Positions 36,711 to 49,936 of a DNA stretch of 64,000 nt are shown here, in pieces. Origin of the DNA: Oikopleura dioica (taxonomy: Eukaryota; Animalia; Chordata); the NCBI GenBank assembly GCA_907165135.1, contig OU015567.1:10044001-10108000 (forward strand), written 5' to 3'. The translations under genes and the position numbers were made by a program. Numbering within the stretch: the first letter of the stretch is position 1; each line of letters starts with the position of its first letter. The notes under the pieces were generated by a model. That model saw only the letters and a list, made by a program, of their open reading frames with translations. It did no database searches and was not told the DNA's origin.

Positions 36711-37436
36711 ATGTCAATGTTTGTCAAATTCAACGGTGTCAAAGGACACTCAGACTTCCAGATGAAAATCAACCAACACGGCACCACCGATCACGATTTC
36801 GAGTTTTCCTGCGGATGTGGCTTCCGTGTTCCTTCCTTTCTCAAAGAGCAATGCGTTGATCTTTGGTGCTGGATGCAAGGCCTCTACGAAGGAGTCGAAG
36901 TCGAAAAAGAAAAATCTCACTGGAAAGATCGTGATTTCAAGCGAACTCCTCATGTCTTCTGCGACAAAGACGACGAACACATGAACCGCATTATCGAAAT
37001 GGTCTTCACCCGAAGAGAGCGTCTCAACGCATCACCCGAATACCCTGCTGCTTTCAAATTGGAGGAGAAAACGATGGGCGAAGATTTGATGCTTCAAATC
37101 TGGTACAAGACACTCCTCACTGTCGACCAGCAGCTCTTCATCGAGGTTCCTGCCCGAAATGGCGAAGAGATCTGGACTGACGAGTTGAAGCGAAGGGTTG
37201 CGGCCGACGGTGAGTTCATCAGACTTGGTTCGTTTTCGGTTGAGCCAACAAAGAAAGCCTGCTTTCCGAAAAAGGAGAAGACCTCAAGCAAGAAAACAAA
37301 TGCCCCCAGAAAGAAGCCCCTGATGAATGATGATGAGCTGATCAGACTCTTCAGTCAGCCTGCAACCAACCAGAAGAAAAACAAGAAGACCAAGAAGAAC
37401 AATCAGCGTAAAACCAAGAAAACTGCCAAGAAGTAA
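36711..37436 (+). CDS. Intronless 241-aa orphan protein with Lys-rich tail
   Basis: Clean ORF with an A-rich ATG context and C-ending codon bias. Downstream AATAAA near 37544. Confidence 0.75.
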   Translation: MSMFVKFNGVKGHSDFQMKINQHGTTDHDFEFSCGCGFRVPSFLKEQCVDLWCWMQGLYEGVEVEKEKSHWKDRDFKRTPHVFCDKDDEHMNRIIEMVFTRRERLNASPEYPAAFKLEEKTMGEDLMLQIWYKTLLTVDQQLFIEVPARNGEEIWTDELKRRVAADGEFIRLGSFSVEPTKKACFPKKEKTSSKKTNAPRKKPLMNDDELIRLFSQPATNQKKNKKTKKNNQRKTKKTAKK

Positions 37437-38389
37437 ATGATTTTTCTGTATATCTAACTGCAATGTGCTGTTACTTCTATTCTAAGCTACCGTAGCCAAG
37501 TTACTGTCCTCACCATTTTACTATCTTGTTTCCCAATTCAACAATAAACGGAGAATAAACTAGAAAATTGGCAAAAAATATTTCAAGTCTTGAATGTATC
37601 CAGGATTAGTACAAGATAAAGTGTCCTACTACCCCGTTAACGCACAGTAACGCACTAGTAAATTCTTCAATCAGCGTCTGTCTTCCACGAGGGAGGATTC
37701 GCTGAGAATCAATCGAAGATTGAGTGAAGCGCGTGCGCGGAGGACTCTCGCGCTTCGCAGCAGAAAATAAGAATCACGAGAATCCCCCTGGCACTTGCCC
37801 AGCATAACAAATGTGATGACAAATGAACTCATTTTTACTAAAGCATACTCCGTTAGAGAAGTCATGAAATAGCATTTTCAACTGAAAAATAAAGTGTGAT
37901 CGTTAAAAATTGCATTTATGAATATTTTCTACAAAAATTGACTTTTCTTAATCTCTTTAGCAAAAATATTATCTAATAGAAAAAATGAATGTGCATTCTA
38001 TCTGGGCTGAGGTTTTTTCTTCAAATAAATCTTCATTTTCTTCAAAAAAATCGTCAGAATTCTCTCTTATTCTAAATAAGACCCGCTGAATAGTTACGCG
38101 GCGTAATTCACGCCCGAAAATGATATACTTTCGTGGCTTCTTTCCTTTAAAAAATTGTATTTCTCAATATCTCATCATAACACCACCAATCGTGAGGGAA
38201 ACTTGAAGTCGACATCTCTATTTTGACCTTGTCTGCGACGATTTTCTTGTGTCTACAAATGTTGTCCGCGTCCATTACTCATGATCTCGTCCTTCAGACT
38301 ATCGAAATCGGCGCGAAATTGGGAGAAAATCTTTCCCCAAGAGAACCAAAAGAAAAAAATACTCTACTCATCTAGACAACTGCTAAAGA

Positions 38390-41300
38390 ATGGGCACGTC
38401 AAAAGAAGGGATGCTGGTCCATCCGACGCCTTTTGAGGAGCAGTCTGTTCTTGACTCCGCCAAACATTTGCTTGTTCAGGTTTAATCTTTGTTTTGGTGT
38501 ATTTTTAACATTGACCTTTTTCAATAGCTTGATCTTTTGGGATCTATAAAGAAGAGCATTTTAGCGGTATCAAAAAAATCTTAAATATTGAAAAGTTAAT
38601 CCCCTAATTTGATTTTTCTCTTAATTTGGTCTTTTTGTAGGCTTTCGACTCGAATAAAACAGTTATAAATGTCCAAATTGGACATTTCGACATTTTATGG
38701 ACAAAAAATCACCACAAAATAGGAAATATTCTTGAAATTTAAACTAGAAACGACAAAAAACCGTGTGCATACGTGAATTTTCAGGCGGTTAATCAATCAG
38801 AAGGGCGACCAGAGACGGAAGAAGTCTGCTGGGTACGCTTTTGCCAGTGCGATCTCAACGATGTTGTTCGCAATCCAATTTACAATTCAAAAACTCACTC
38901 GTCAGAAAACTCATCTGGTGCCGGTCTCGTTCTTCTTCTTGGATACGCGCATGGAATCGCAGTTTGGCATCTGATGGCAAACACGGAAGCGAGAGAACTG
39001 TATTCGTCGAGAAGCGTCGGAACTTGCAGAACAGCCGTGATTTTACCTACGCCAAGCGATCATCGGAAGATCAACAGGCCTTACTTGGCGATCGTAGTCG
39101 GATCAGAAGTCAAGCTCATCTCGCTAGCGATGTCCAAAGAGATTCATTCGATAAAAGCCGACGGAGAAGTTGAAAAAATCGACGCGACGGACAAATACAT
39201 CGTCATTTCAAGCCCATCGACGATCTCCCTCTACTCGGCGGATAAGATCGAATGCTTGTATACGATCAAGGATTGTTTGGTCCCCGGAAGGTAAAAGTTT
39301 TAGCGCTTGTTTCCCTTCCTCAATCGTTATATTCAGAGATTGTAATCCCTTTGCCCTTGGAAAGAGATGGCTCGCCTACTCCCCAGAAAAACTAGACATG
39401 GGACAGCAAAGCCTTGGTGGCTATTTTTCAACTGGGAGTCAATCTTACACTGCTACGATGCTCTCTGCCGCGAAAACTCTTGGAAAGGGTATACATGAAG
39501 ATTTTTCTTTTCAACTTATTTCGGTAAAGGGCTTTCGCTGTTGGGAGAAACAGTTGGAAGAATGGCCGGCTCGCAGCCGAGAAACTATCGCAACGCAAGA
39601 GACGACGAGCAAAAACTCAAGAATCATCGAGGAATCGTTTCTGTGGTCGACTTGGAGCTTCTCGCAGACAATATTAATCAGCCGATTCATAATAGGAAAG
39701 AGTTCTTTCTTGTTTTCCTTCGCAAAAATATCATCGATCACTATAAAACAGCTCAACAACTCTTTCAAAAGCATCGTCTCCCACTGGGTAGCTCATCCAA
39801 AGCCCGTTGCAGCGGCGAGCTTCAGCCCTTCGGGAAACATTCTCGTCACTGCAGATGTAGCTGGTCGACAATTCCATGTTTTCTCGATCCATGTGCATCC
39901 CCAGTCCTCGGCCGACTCCGCAGTTCACCATTTATACACGCTTCAGCGTGGTGAAACGACCGCGCAAGTATTTGACTTTTCATTTTCGAACGATTGTCGC
40001 TGGATTTCGGCGGTTACCAGAAGAGGAACTGCTCATATCTTCCCTATCAACGCTTACGGGTAAACTTTCTACTTTTGTTTCCCCCCTAAGCGCCTTTTAG
40101 CGGCGAGCCTACAGTAAGAACGCACTGTGTAACTCGTGTTTCCAACCAAAAGTCTCTCTTCCACATCTCCGCTGGGATCAACTATTCCGACCCGAAGTCA
40201 AAGGATAAAAACGGCCAAAAACCCAATCCATCAGTGCCTCCAATCAAGTCTTCCTCACCTAAACTACCGCCTTTTCCCACTCCTACAGTCATTCTTCCAG
40301 TCGTCCAGATCAAGCAGGTTTAACAGGCGCGCCTCGTTTCTTATGTAACTTACTTTGTTTGATCTAGGGGCTAGTCATGGGACTAATTCCTGCTGCATCG
40401 AGCTACGAAAGTGATCAAAGTGAAGCTGCAGAACAAATGTCTACTATCTTCGCCTTCAACAAAACTTGCGTTTCATTTTCTCGGGAAATTCTCCAACATA
40501 CCTCCAGGGGGCCGCATCCGGAAGGACTTTATGTCATCAACGGACAGGGCGTTCTTTCTGAATTCACTCTCCAAGTACAAGGTGTAAAAATCAACGGGCG
40601 ACTAAACGATCAATCGGTAAATAACGCTCCCTCTGCTCCTCAATTATGAGCGATTCTAGTCCATCGAGGTCGCGGCAAAACCATCGCGCCAGTGGAATCT
40701 TCAGCGCCAGCGCAGCTGGACCGAATCGTCAACTCCTCTTCCTCCAAACTCGCCACTGATCTTGGCTTCAGAAGTTATTGGAACTTCATCCGGTCATTTG
40801 CTCAGAGCAGAGTTGGAAACAAAGCGATCGAGAACGACTTCTATGTCGAGTAAACGAGCTAGAGATGAGCGATCCGACCGTTTGTTCGATAGTCTACCGA
40901 GATCTCGCCAATCAAGGTTTGGTACAGTTGACTCACGGTAGCTAAACGACTATTCTAGCACTGATAGCGATTCTGATACGAAAAACGAGTGGCTTGGACA
41001 GATCGAAATGAACACACATGATTCGCCTGCCCGTCGACTTTGGATGGGCCCACAGTTCAGATTCGTCCAAAACACCACCGGAAATCATGATTCTCCCTTC
41101 GAGCGAAGACTGTCTCCCGAAAGTGCCTTATTGAACAGCCAAGAAGACATACAAATTCAACTTGAACAAAGCAAACCTAAAGCGATGCCGAATAGAATTC
41201 CTGCACATATTTCAGGTAAAAATCAGCAGAAACGCTCTATCTAAATATTTCTATAGATCAATTCACAGTACCAGGAAATTCTTGCCCTACAATTGAAATT

Positions 41301-41581
41301 GGATCTGGCCATTTCGACGCGTTTCAGGGACCAGGATCCGGCGAAGATCGAGTGAAGCAGACCCTGGCAGAGGCAATGCTAGACGAGCAAAAAGAGACTA
41401 CCCGTAGAATTTGTAAGTAAAGTCTTTTTACAAAAGAATTATCTCGTTTCTAGCGGATTCAAAATGGCCCTCCCCCTACTCCGACGACGAGACAGACCTA
41501 ATCATGGCCGTGGGCGAGTTCGAGCTCTCAACCAGTTCCCCTCCTTCTTCAGTCAACTCGCTTCAAATGAACACTACATGA
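38390..41581 (+). CDS. BCAS3: BCAS3 (WD40/PROPPIN-like autophagy protein)
   Basis: HWVAHPKPVAAASFSPSGNILVTAD..AVHHLYTLQRGETTAQV..SNDCRW..RGTAHIFPINAYG and EWLGQIEMNTHDSPARRLWMGPQFRF match BCAS3. Confidence 0.92.
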
Positions 41582-41951
41582 TCTGAAAGCGAATGATGAT
41601 TCAAACAGTGCTAACACAGAAAAGTAACAGTTACAAACCCGAACATTTACATCGCGCGATATAAAAATTACCACTTTTCCGATTTCGAGATCGTGTCTGT
41701 ATAAAATTCAACCATTTTCATTCGACTTTTTATGTTCTAGCGGATTCTCTTTTCAGAATCAATCAAAGCGGCAAAAGCCGTCGTCAACAAGTTTATTCAA
41801 TTCATAATAAATAATTCAAGAAAACTTCAACAACATCAAGTTTGGGAAATCACAAGGATGAGATCTCGAACTATTTTGGTTGATGATTATTTGACTATTG
41901 TATTTACAGAATACCGAGAAGTTAAATAAATATGCATGATGTATAAAATAG

Positions 41952-44169
41952 TTAATCAAGGACTTGGTGATCATCGCTTTGAAGTACCAGGGGACTCGGA
42001 GTTCATTGCCGGACGAGAAGATCTCCTGTAGAAAAGCTCAAAAATACGAAATTCTTTTCAATGACATAAGGTTGGAAAATTAATATTTCAGCTCTTTCCT
42101 CGAGGGCAACATTTCGTTGACCTGATCCAGTTGCTTGATCGACCCAAAGTTAGAAATTCCGGACTCGCTTGCGTTCAGGCCTTGGACTGTTGACTTCAGA
42201 GGGTTTATCCGTAATAATTTTAGAAGAAACTATAGCAAATAAGACCCTTTCCTTCAGTGCGCTTTGGTCGAGCTCGCTTCCAGTTGCATGGGTAATGTGG
42301 GCCAATGTAAGATCTGAAAAGTATCATGCGGTTAGTAAATCAAAAAATATTTCCAGCGAATATTTTTTGAGAGAAAATTGTTGTTTGAGACGCGCTAAAT
42401 GTAAATTTCAAACTGACCGATTTCCTGTCTTTCTCTGATGGCGACAAACTGGTTCGCCATTTTGCCGATAGTTTTGATCTTCTGGCGGAGGACCTCTTTC
42501 TTCTTTTTCTTCTCAGTGGAAGGATCTTCGTCGTCATCTAACTCCTCTTTATTTTCGGTTGTAATTTTTGATTCTTCGTCAATGTTTTAAAACGAAATAA
42601 ACCGATTCCTAATTCTTCTTTGGTGCAAATATTCAAGAGACTGACCAACATATGCGTGACCTTTTCACCCACAAATGGAAGGGACCAGGTAAATACGTCC
42701 ATGAAGTTGGGAAGCCAGTAAGGATGCGGAGTTGAGTTGAACTGACGAATGTTCATCGATCCTTTATCCGTATTTTCGTACTGAAAGCAAGGATGACTTT
42801 GGAATCAGAACTTACTAATCACTGATTATTAATCAGAAGGTGAAAATTTACCTTGAGGATAGCTGCCTTGTTGCCATAAACATCGAGATAATTTGGCGCC
42901 GAAAACAACGTGATCAAAACTGGGAAACCGTTCTTTGGGTTACTCTTGTACATTTTATAACCTAGAATATTCATCATTCTTTGCTATTTTGGATAAAGCT
43001 TACCGTGATCTTGGGCTTCGTGGGCTCTAATCATGCACATGAAGCCGTTCTCGTTGAGAAACTTCAAAACTGCTGCGTAGGAGTAGAAGAAGGAGCATCC
43101 ACGAGCGGCATTTGGTTCAAAACGATCCTTAAAATTTTCGATAAAGTTGGGTTGGTGGAGATTACCTGGCCTGAGGGCTCGTTCCCAAAAGTTTCTAGCG
43201 GATCAGCCCAAAGAAGATCGCACATTGGTCCATCCGCTTCTGGCTCCTGAAAATATATTCAGACATCGTTGACGAAGAGTAATCTACCTGGAATCGGTTA
43301 ATTTTGCTGATTTCGTCTATTTTTTTGATGTGAGGGGAGATACCGCCATGCACGCAGAAGAACTTTTTGTTCATGATCGCGACCAACGGAAGAGCGTCAA
43401 AAGCGTTCATGCACTCGTTGTAAACTTCCTCGTTGTACTTGACGACGCATTCCTGGCGGAAGGTGAAATGCTCAGTCAGATGGCGACATTCGTGATTGCC
43501 TCGAAGGAGGAAGATCGAATCCGGGTAGCAGATCTTGAAGCACCAGAGATAAAGCACACACTCGATGGACGTATTTCCACGATCAACATAGTCGCCAAGA
43601 AACAAGTACTTGGTCCCCTTAGTCTTTGTCTTCGCATCCTCGATGGGCCCACCGACGGAGAAAAGTTTAAGGAGATCGTAAAATTGCCCGTGAATATCTC
43701 CGCACACCGTTACAGTTCCATCGACGTGGATGATATTTTTTTCTTTGGCCAAGATTTCCCGCCCCATTTTGAGAATTTTCAAGGCGCATGCGTTATCAAG
43801 TCGACCTTCGCGCTTTAGAAAATTGGCCACTAACTCGTAGTTCGGAACTTAGACGGGTGAAATTTTGAGTAAACGAAAAACTAGTAACTTTTTACTTGGT
43901 TTAAAAAAGACCACTGAACTAATACGCGTTGTATTTGCGTTGAAAATAGAATTCAACCGTTTCCTGAGCCTTTTCCAAAGACTTCTGCGATTGTTAGTCG
44001 GTTACTTGGTGGCTTTCAAGCGTTGAAAATAAGATATCACTAGCCTAGAAAAGCTACGAAAATAGACCACTAACTATTTTTTAAACGCTACCGGAGGATT
44101 ATCCTGGCACACTCGATCTATCGTGCTCAGTGGTGGTGAAACTGGTGTCGCGCTCTCGGTGGCAGCCAT
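41952..44169 (-). CDS. PPP3C: Calcineurin catalytic subunit A (PP2B)
   Basis: [64 protein letters not shown], CaM-binding KIKTIGKMA and AID-like [16 protein letters not shown]. Splicing of the last exon is ambiguous. Confidence 0.95.
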
Positions 44170-44537
44170 TTTATTATCTGATCTTGCGCTTGAATAACTG
44201 TATGCAATCACACATGTTCTAGAAATAAGTCATTTTTTCCTGGAAAAAGCCTGTTTTTCTCTCCCCGCTAAAATTTTTGACTGAGTTTTCACCGATCAAT
44301 TGAGAATAATTGCCTTTCATTAGAAATATGTCTGTAGATCACACCCGAGATTGATTCTTTATGGCTGTATTCTAAAATCTTGGTTACATAAGTCGTTCGG
44401 AGATAAAATTCTGAGAATAAGCATAAATAGAGCCGAACTTTAATGGAGATGCATTTGAAATGTCGCTGAATTTTTGAATTAGCCCATCTGCGGAGAACGC
44501 TAAGCAGCTACTATACAATAAAGAGAAATCAGTTATT

Positions 44538-46129
44538 ATGAAGGTAAGCGAAATTGATAAAAAAGAGAATGAACTAGAAATTGTCCTAGCTCTCTACTGG
44601 TCTTCTTCTGGTCCTCGGTGGCGCTGATGCCCGACGATGGGTTCGACGAGGACGACAAGCCGATCCAACTACTGTGACCACGTCAACCTCTGCTACTACT
44701 ACAACCGCTACCACAGAGACAACGACGACTACTGTTGCGCCTCCAACCGCTGCAGCAGGTACTTTCCTGGACCAAATCTCCGGCGCCGACATCAGCTTCA
44801 ATGACGGGACCAACAACATCAACATCATGCCAATGGCAGATGGAACTGTCATGGTCGTTTTCACTAACAACGCAAATAATCTCGTCACTGCTACTTCCCT
44901 GGCAACTGTTGATGAAGCTGGTCAGATGCTTACTGGTTTGAGCGGTCTTCCAGATGGATCAACAACCGCTACTTGGGATCCAGCTCTTGGTCAATTCACA
45001 ACCGATACCGGTGCTATCTGGTCTGGCGGTGCAGCTCAGACCACAACTTCTGGACCAGCTGTTGTTTCTACCACTGCTCCCGGCGGTGCTTCCACTACCG
45101 GTGCCGGTGGAAATCCATATGCTCCAGGAATGTCCACTACAGCCGCTCCTGGCGCTGGTGGATCAACTCCATACGGTGGTGGGTCTGCAGGATCAACTAC
45201 TCCATACGGCGGAAGCTCTGGTGGCTCAACTGACTCTTACGCCCCAGCTGGAACTGGATACATTGCCAATGATCCCCACGTTCGAGTGACCAACGAAATC
45301 GGGCAAGCAATCTGCTACGATCTTCCCGGTGATGGACTTAGCTTCATCAGTCTTCTCAAGGACAACGAATCCGGCCTTGAAGTCAATGGTTTCATTTCCA
45401 ACACTCACAAGCACCGACTCTCTGGAATCGGCATCAAGGTCAGTTTCTTCCAGTAAAACAATATTGAAAAATCTTTCAGACACCCGCTGGCGTTGAAATC
45501 GCCATTGACTCTCACCACGTTACCGTTGGTTTCGACGGTGATGTCGAGGGAGACTACAACTACGATTCTTACATGAAGGTCCAGACTGACGATGCTGTCG
45601 TCGAAATCACTTCCAAACTCGAAGCTAAGCATCAGGTAAAATAAAAAAATATTAAAATTTGCTAAAATATCTCTCTAGGGTGTTTTCGTCGAGCTTGATG
45701 ATGGAACCTTCTTCCACATCGACGAGAAAGATATCAAGGATACCCTCAAGTTTGTCATTGCCAAGTCTAATGGTCTCTCTAACCATCTCTCCGGAATGCT
45801 CGGGCAAACCATCCAGCCACAAGGTAAGCATCAAAAGATCCAACTGAGAATAAAACCAACTAGACTTCCGAATCCACCCCGATGGATCTATCGAAGTTGA
45901 AGGCCGATGGATCATGCAAACTACTCTTGATGCCAAGCACTCTTGCTTCCGAATCCACGAATGGGACATTCAGTAAGTAACTTCTACAAAACAACCACTC
46001 AAGTTCAAATTAAGCAACTTCCTGGGACACAACCCCGCAGACTACGCCGTCGAAAACATGTTCGCTACACTCGACCACCCATGGGCCTCTATTACTGCTC
46101 AACTCGAGGAGGACTCGACCCCAAAATAA
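44538..46129 (+). CDS. Secreted Thr/Gly-rich mucin-like protein with ITIH heavy-chain C-terminal domain
   Basis: Signal peptide, RRGR site, T/G-rich tract, then NDPHVRV..ICYDLPG..LLKDNESGLEVNG..LKFVI..GLSNHLSGMLGQ, resembling the ITIH C-terminus (GDPHF..CF....DPESGI.VNG..HGLLGQ). Confidence 0.75.
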
Positions 46130-46257
46130 ATAAATTGACACGGAGACTTAGTTTTTATAGAAATTGAAAATTTATTTCTTTCATGAGGAATATAGAGAAA
46201 GATTTGGGTGAAGACCCATGTTTGGAATTCACGCTGATGACTGATGACGAAGTCAAA

Positions 46258-47614
46258 TTACTGAGTGTTGTGGGTCTTGTGGCTGAACCATCCGTTGTCG
46301 CTGACACCTTTGTAGGTGGGCTGAAAGAAAGAGAGGGTTAATTGAAAGTTTTGCGGAGATAAAAGGTTACCTTGCATGATTTAGCGGGAGCAGTGACAGC
46401 TCCGGAGAAGTGGGAGTGAGCAGTAGATTTGCCCTCCATTTTCTCATCGGTCAGCTTCGACCAGGGGCAAGTCGACATGAGAACATGATCGGGCTTGCAG
46501 TTCTGGACTGGAACGTGCGTCGCCTTATCGGGGGCGGAGAAGTTTTGCTGATAACCGGTGGAGTATCCGATGTCATCATCACCGAATGTTCTGCGGAGGC
46601 CGACTGGGGGCAGGAAGGGCTTCGCCTGCTGGTCAAGGGATTTTACCTTGAAGTCGCTCATCATGGTGGACAGCTGGTTGGGGCCACCAACGGGCTCGCT
46701 GCGAGTAACCACCCGCTCAGGTTTGATAAGAGGGTTGTTGTACGTACGATCGTGAGTCGTCGTCATTGAGCTCTGAAAAGAACAGTTGACATCAAGGAAG
46801 AGAACGATGAAAGGCTTACCTTGTTAGTCAAATCGTAGTGGATACCATTCTCAACAGGTCGAAGAGGATTAACGCGCTCGATTTGCTGGGGCTGCAAGTA
46901 GTTGCCAGCGTAGTTGGTCGTGAACGTGTCCGAGGGCACCTTGGTGGGCACGATCGAACCATACTCTGGCTCAATGCAGATGGGGGCTCGCTTGGAGTTC
47001 CTAAAATCGGTAACATGGTTTCTAGAACGGATTTTGTTTACTTACTTGACTTCCTCAGCGTTGTAAGCCCGGTAGGTCTCACAGTTGACGGACTGAGTGG
47101 CCATGTCGCTCTCGCCCATTTCCATGAACTTCTCGGGAGTGCCGGGTCGGCATGGCTGTGGTGGCCGGGTGTCGCTCTTCTCCCAGAAGCAGTGGGAGTA
47201 GGTCGAGCAGTGGTTCATCTGCTTACTCTTGTCGATGAAGGTCGAAGTGTGATCCTGTCGTCGACGGATGGCGACGGGCTGCTGCCGGGGGTGAGCCTGG
47301 AAGGTCTCCCGATTCGAGGTGGTGAGGTCGCTGCTGTCAGCGTTACCGTTGCCGGTGAGCCACTCGTTGGCGTCAGACTCGGGCTTGATTGGCTTGGTTC
47401 GGCAATCGCTCTGAAATTCCCACTTTTAGAGTTGATTAATCTAAAAAGTACTTACGCCAACTGGGAGAAAGACATCGTCGTACTCCGTGCACTTCTTGGC
47501 GTCCTTGCAGTGCTCCTCGAAAGTGGAACCACCCCATGGAGCGATTGGGACACCGCCTTCCTTCTTCATTCCCATGAAGTAGCGGACGGGCTTGTCTTGG
47601 TCTTGCGCGCTCAT
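46258..47614 (-). CDS. SAXO-like microtubule inner protein with Mn-type repeats
   Basis: Repeated [ST][TS]xxxx[FY] motifs (TTSNRETF, STYSHCF, TTNYAGNY, TTTHDRTY, STMMSDF, STGYQQNF, STAHSHF) across 5 exons. Family assignment is inferred. Confidence 0.6.
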
Positions 47615-48586
47615 TTTCTGCTAGCTTGGGCCATTCACGTGCAAAATTTATAAATTTGACGAAAAGAACTTTGCGAAGCTGTAAATACAAAATCGCGATT
47701 TTGCCATTTTTACCCTTCCTTCGACCTGTAGAAAAGAAAACTGACGATTTTCCGGAAAAATGAAAAACATCGGATGACATTCTAGAAAATTTGTGCCTAA
47801 AACTTTTTTTGGCAAAATATAGAAGGACCAAATAAATTTAACGACGTTACGACGGCATGATTTTATAACTGAATTCACTAAAAATTTTTGAAATTCAATA
47901 AATTAAAATCGCCTTCGCACGCCACTTCGCCAAAATCAAAATTTGGTCTAAAACGCGATGCACCAAAATTGCAGCCAAAATTTCAGGTCACTCGAAAACT
48001 TTGAATTTCAAGGATTGGGCGCGCCCAACTTCTCCGCACCAATAAAGCGCCCGAGCGCCACGGCATAAGAAAGAGAAATGCACCTGTAGAAAGGAAAAAA
48101 ATGAAAAAACCTTATATGCAGCTATCTAAAACATCTGTTGAAAGAGAAAAAGATAATCTCATGAAAAATTGATGGTTGTTTTCAAACAAGTGTAAAGAAA
48201 TCAATTTTTCGGTTCAGAAGGTAAACTTGTACAAAAAAAAACCGTGAATTTTAATTATTAGAGAGTAATTTTCTTAAGGTAAGTTATTGATAAGACCGGC
48301 TACTGTAATTTCTATACATAGAGAAATTAATTTTCTAAAAAAATCTGTAGAAAACATAATTTATCGCACGATCGATAATGGAGCTGCAAATTTGCATTAG
48401 GAAAAATACAAATCCCTGTCTAATAATTCCACGCTCATTAATACCCATGAGCTGGTGATTTTATTGCTGTGCACAGGCGAGCTTCAGAATCTTTCAAATT
48501 CGGCTTCTTTAGAATCCCATGAGGAACCCCACTCCTTCCAAAACCAACTGAGAAAAACAAAAAGTAGAAGATACTTGAAATAAATC

Positions 48587-49620
48587 ATGAAGGAAGAAAA
48601 TAAATCGAGCCTGCCTAAAGAGCCAAGAATTTTTAAAATCATCGTTGTCGGAGATTCAAATGTCGGAAAGGTAAGAGCTTCATCAATAATTTTCTATTGT
48701 CAATAGACTATTGACAATAGTACTGATAGTAGAACTTCTATAAGAAATTTGTATCCGATTTTAAACATCATCAAAGGTGTTAGGATGGATTTTTTATAAT
48801 TTGAAGTCAAGGAATATTGCCCGGAAACCAATGGTGATCTGAACCAAGATGATCTTTATTGATGTTTGAAAATAAATAAGAGTAACAGACTGTGCATTGC
48901 TGTAATTTACAATTTGTTGTTTCAGACATGTTTGACGTACAGATTCGTGGAAGAACGCTTTCCGAGCAACACAGAAGCGACAATCGGCGTAGATTTCCGC
49001 GAAAAACGAGTGCAAGTCGACACAGAAACGATCCGCCTCCAAATTTGGGATACTGCTGGGCAAGAACGATTCCGGAAGTCGATGGTTTCACACTATTATA
49101 GAAACGCGGCCGCTGTTATTTTTGTCTATGACGTGACTTGGTGAGCTCTATTCAAAGTACAGTCATCATTTTTTTTTCGTTTTCAGCGAGCAGAGCTTCC
49201 GGAATATTCCCAAATGGATTACAGAAGCAGATCAACACATTTTACACACAGATGTTCCTCGATTACTGGTCGGGACCAAGAACGACTTGGAAAGTCAAGA
49301 AGTGATCAGGCAGCGAGCTCAAAGATTCGCTGATGCTAACTTTTTGCCCTTATTCGAAGTTTCAGCAAAGGTAAGATTCTCTAGGGACCGTTTTCTTCCA
49401 ACAAGCAATACTTCAATTCATACATGTTCTTAGAGCGAAGCCAGCCAGAGCCAAATAAATGCAATTTTCCTCACCGTGGCGCATAAACTCAAGCAACAAC
49501 GGCCGTTAATTCCCAAGCCAGCAAACCAAGTATGAAAAAATCGACAGAGAGATCAAAAACTTTTCATTCTAGCCCGTGATGATCGAATGGGAAGAGGATT
49601 CCAGCTCAAGTTGTTGCTGA
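48587..49620 (+). CDS. RAB33: Rab33 GTPase
   Basis: [53 protein letters not shown]; C-terminal CC. Confidence 0.95.
48694..48720. repeat. 27-bp nested palindrome in Rab33 intron 1
   Basis: CTATTGTCAATAG-A-CTATTGACAATAG: 13-bp perfect inverted arms, each itself quasi-palindromic. Confidence 0.6.
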
Positions 49621-49936
49621 AAATTTCACTTTAAAACTATTTTCTTCATCCTCTTTTTTCTTCATCAGTTCCAGCTTGCAATAGACCTTCTTTCTTTCTT
49701 CATCATCGCACTACTGAAGCAACAAAATAAAAAGTTCTGTGACGTATTAAGCGAAAGCATGCGCTGATATTTAGTTATAGTCGGATAAATATTTGACTTG
49801 TAGCGGAGGCTGCTTCAGATTTTCTTAACAAAAGATACGAACTTTACTCAGAGAGAGGGAGAGAGACTTTACACACTGCATAGACATATCTCCTCTTTTA
49901 TAGCGACTGTTCATACTTCAAATAGATAGCTCTAGA

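Noticed and set aside
42030-42100. Non-canonical (GA-AG or GC-AG) last intron in calcineurin A
   Set aside because: A canonical GT donor (AT|GTTGCC) gives an equally plausible reading, so this cannot be decided without cDNA.
46838-47653. 271-aa + strand ORF
   Set aside because: Antisense shadow of the codon-biased minus-strand SAXO-like gene; it runs through that gene's introns with no motif.
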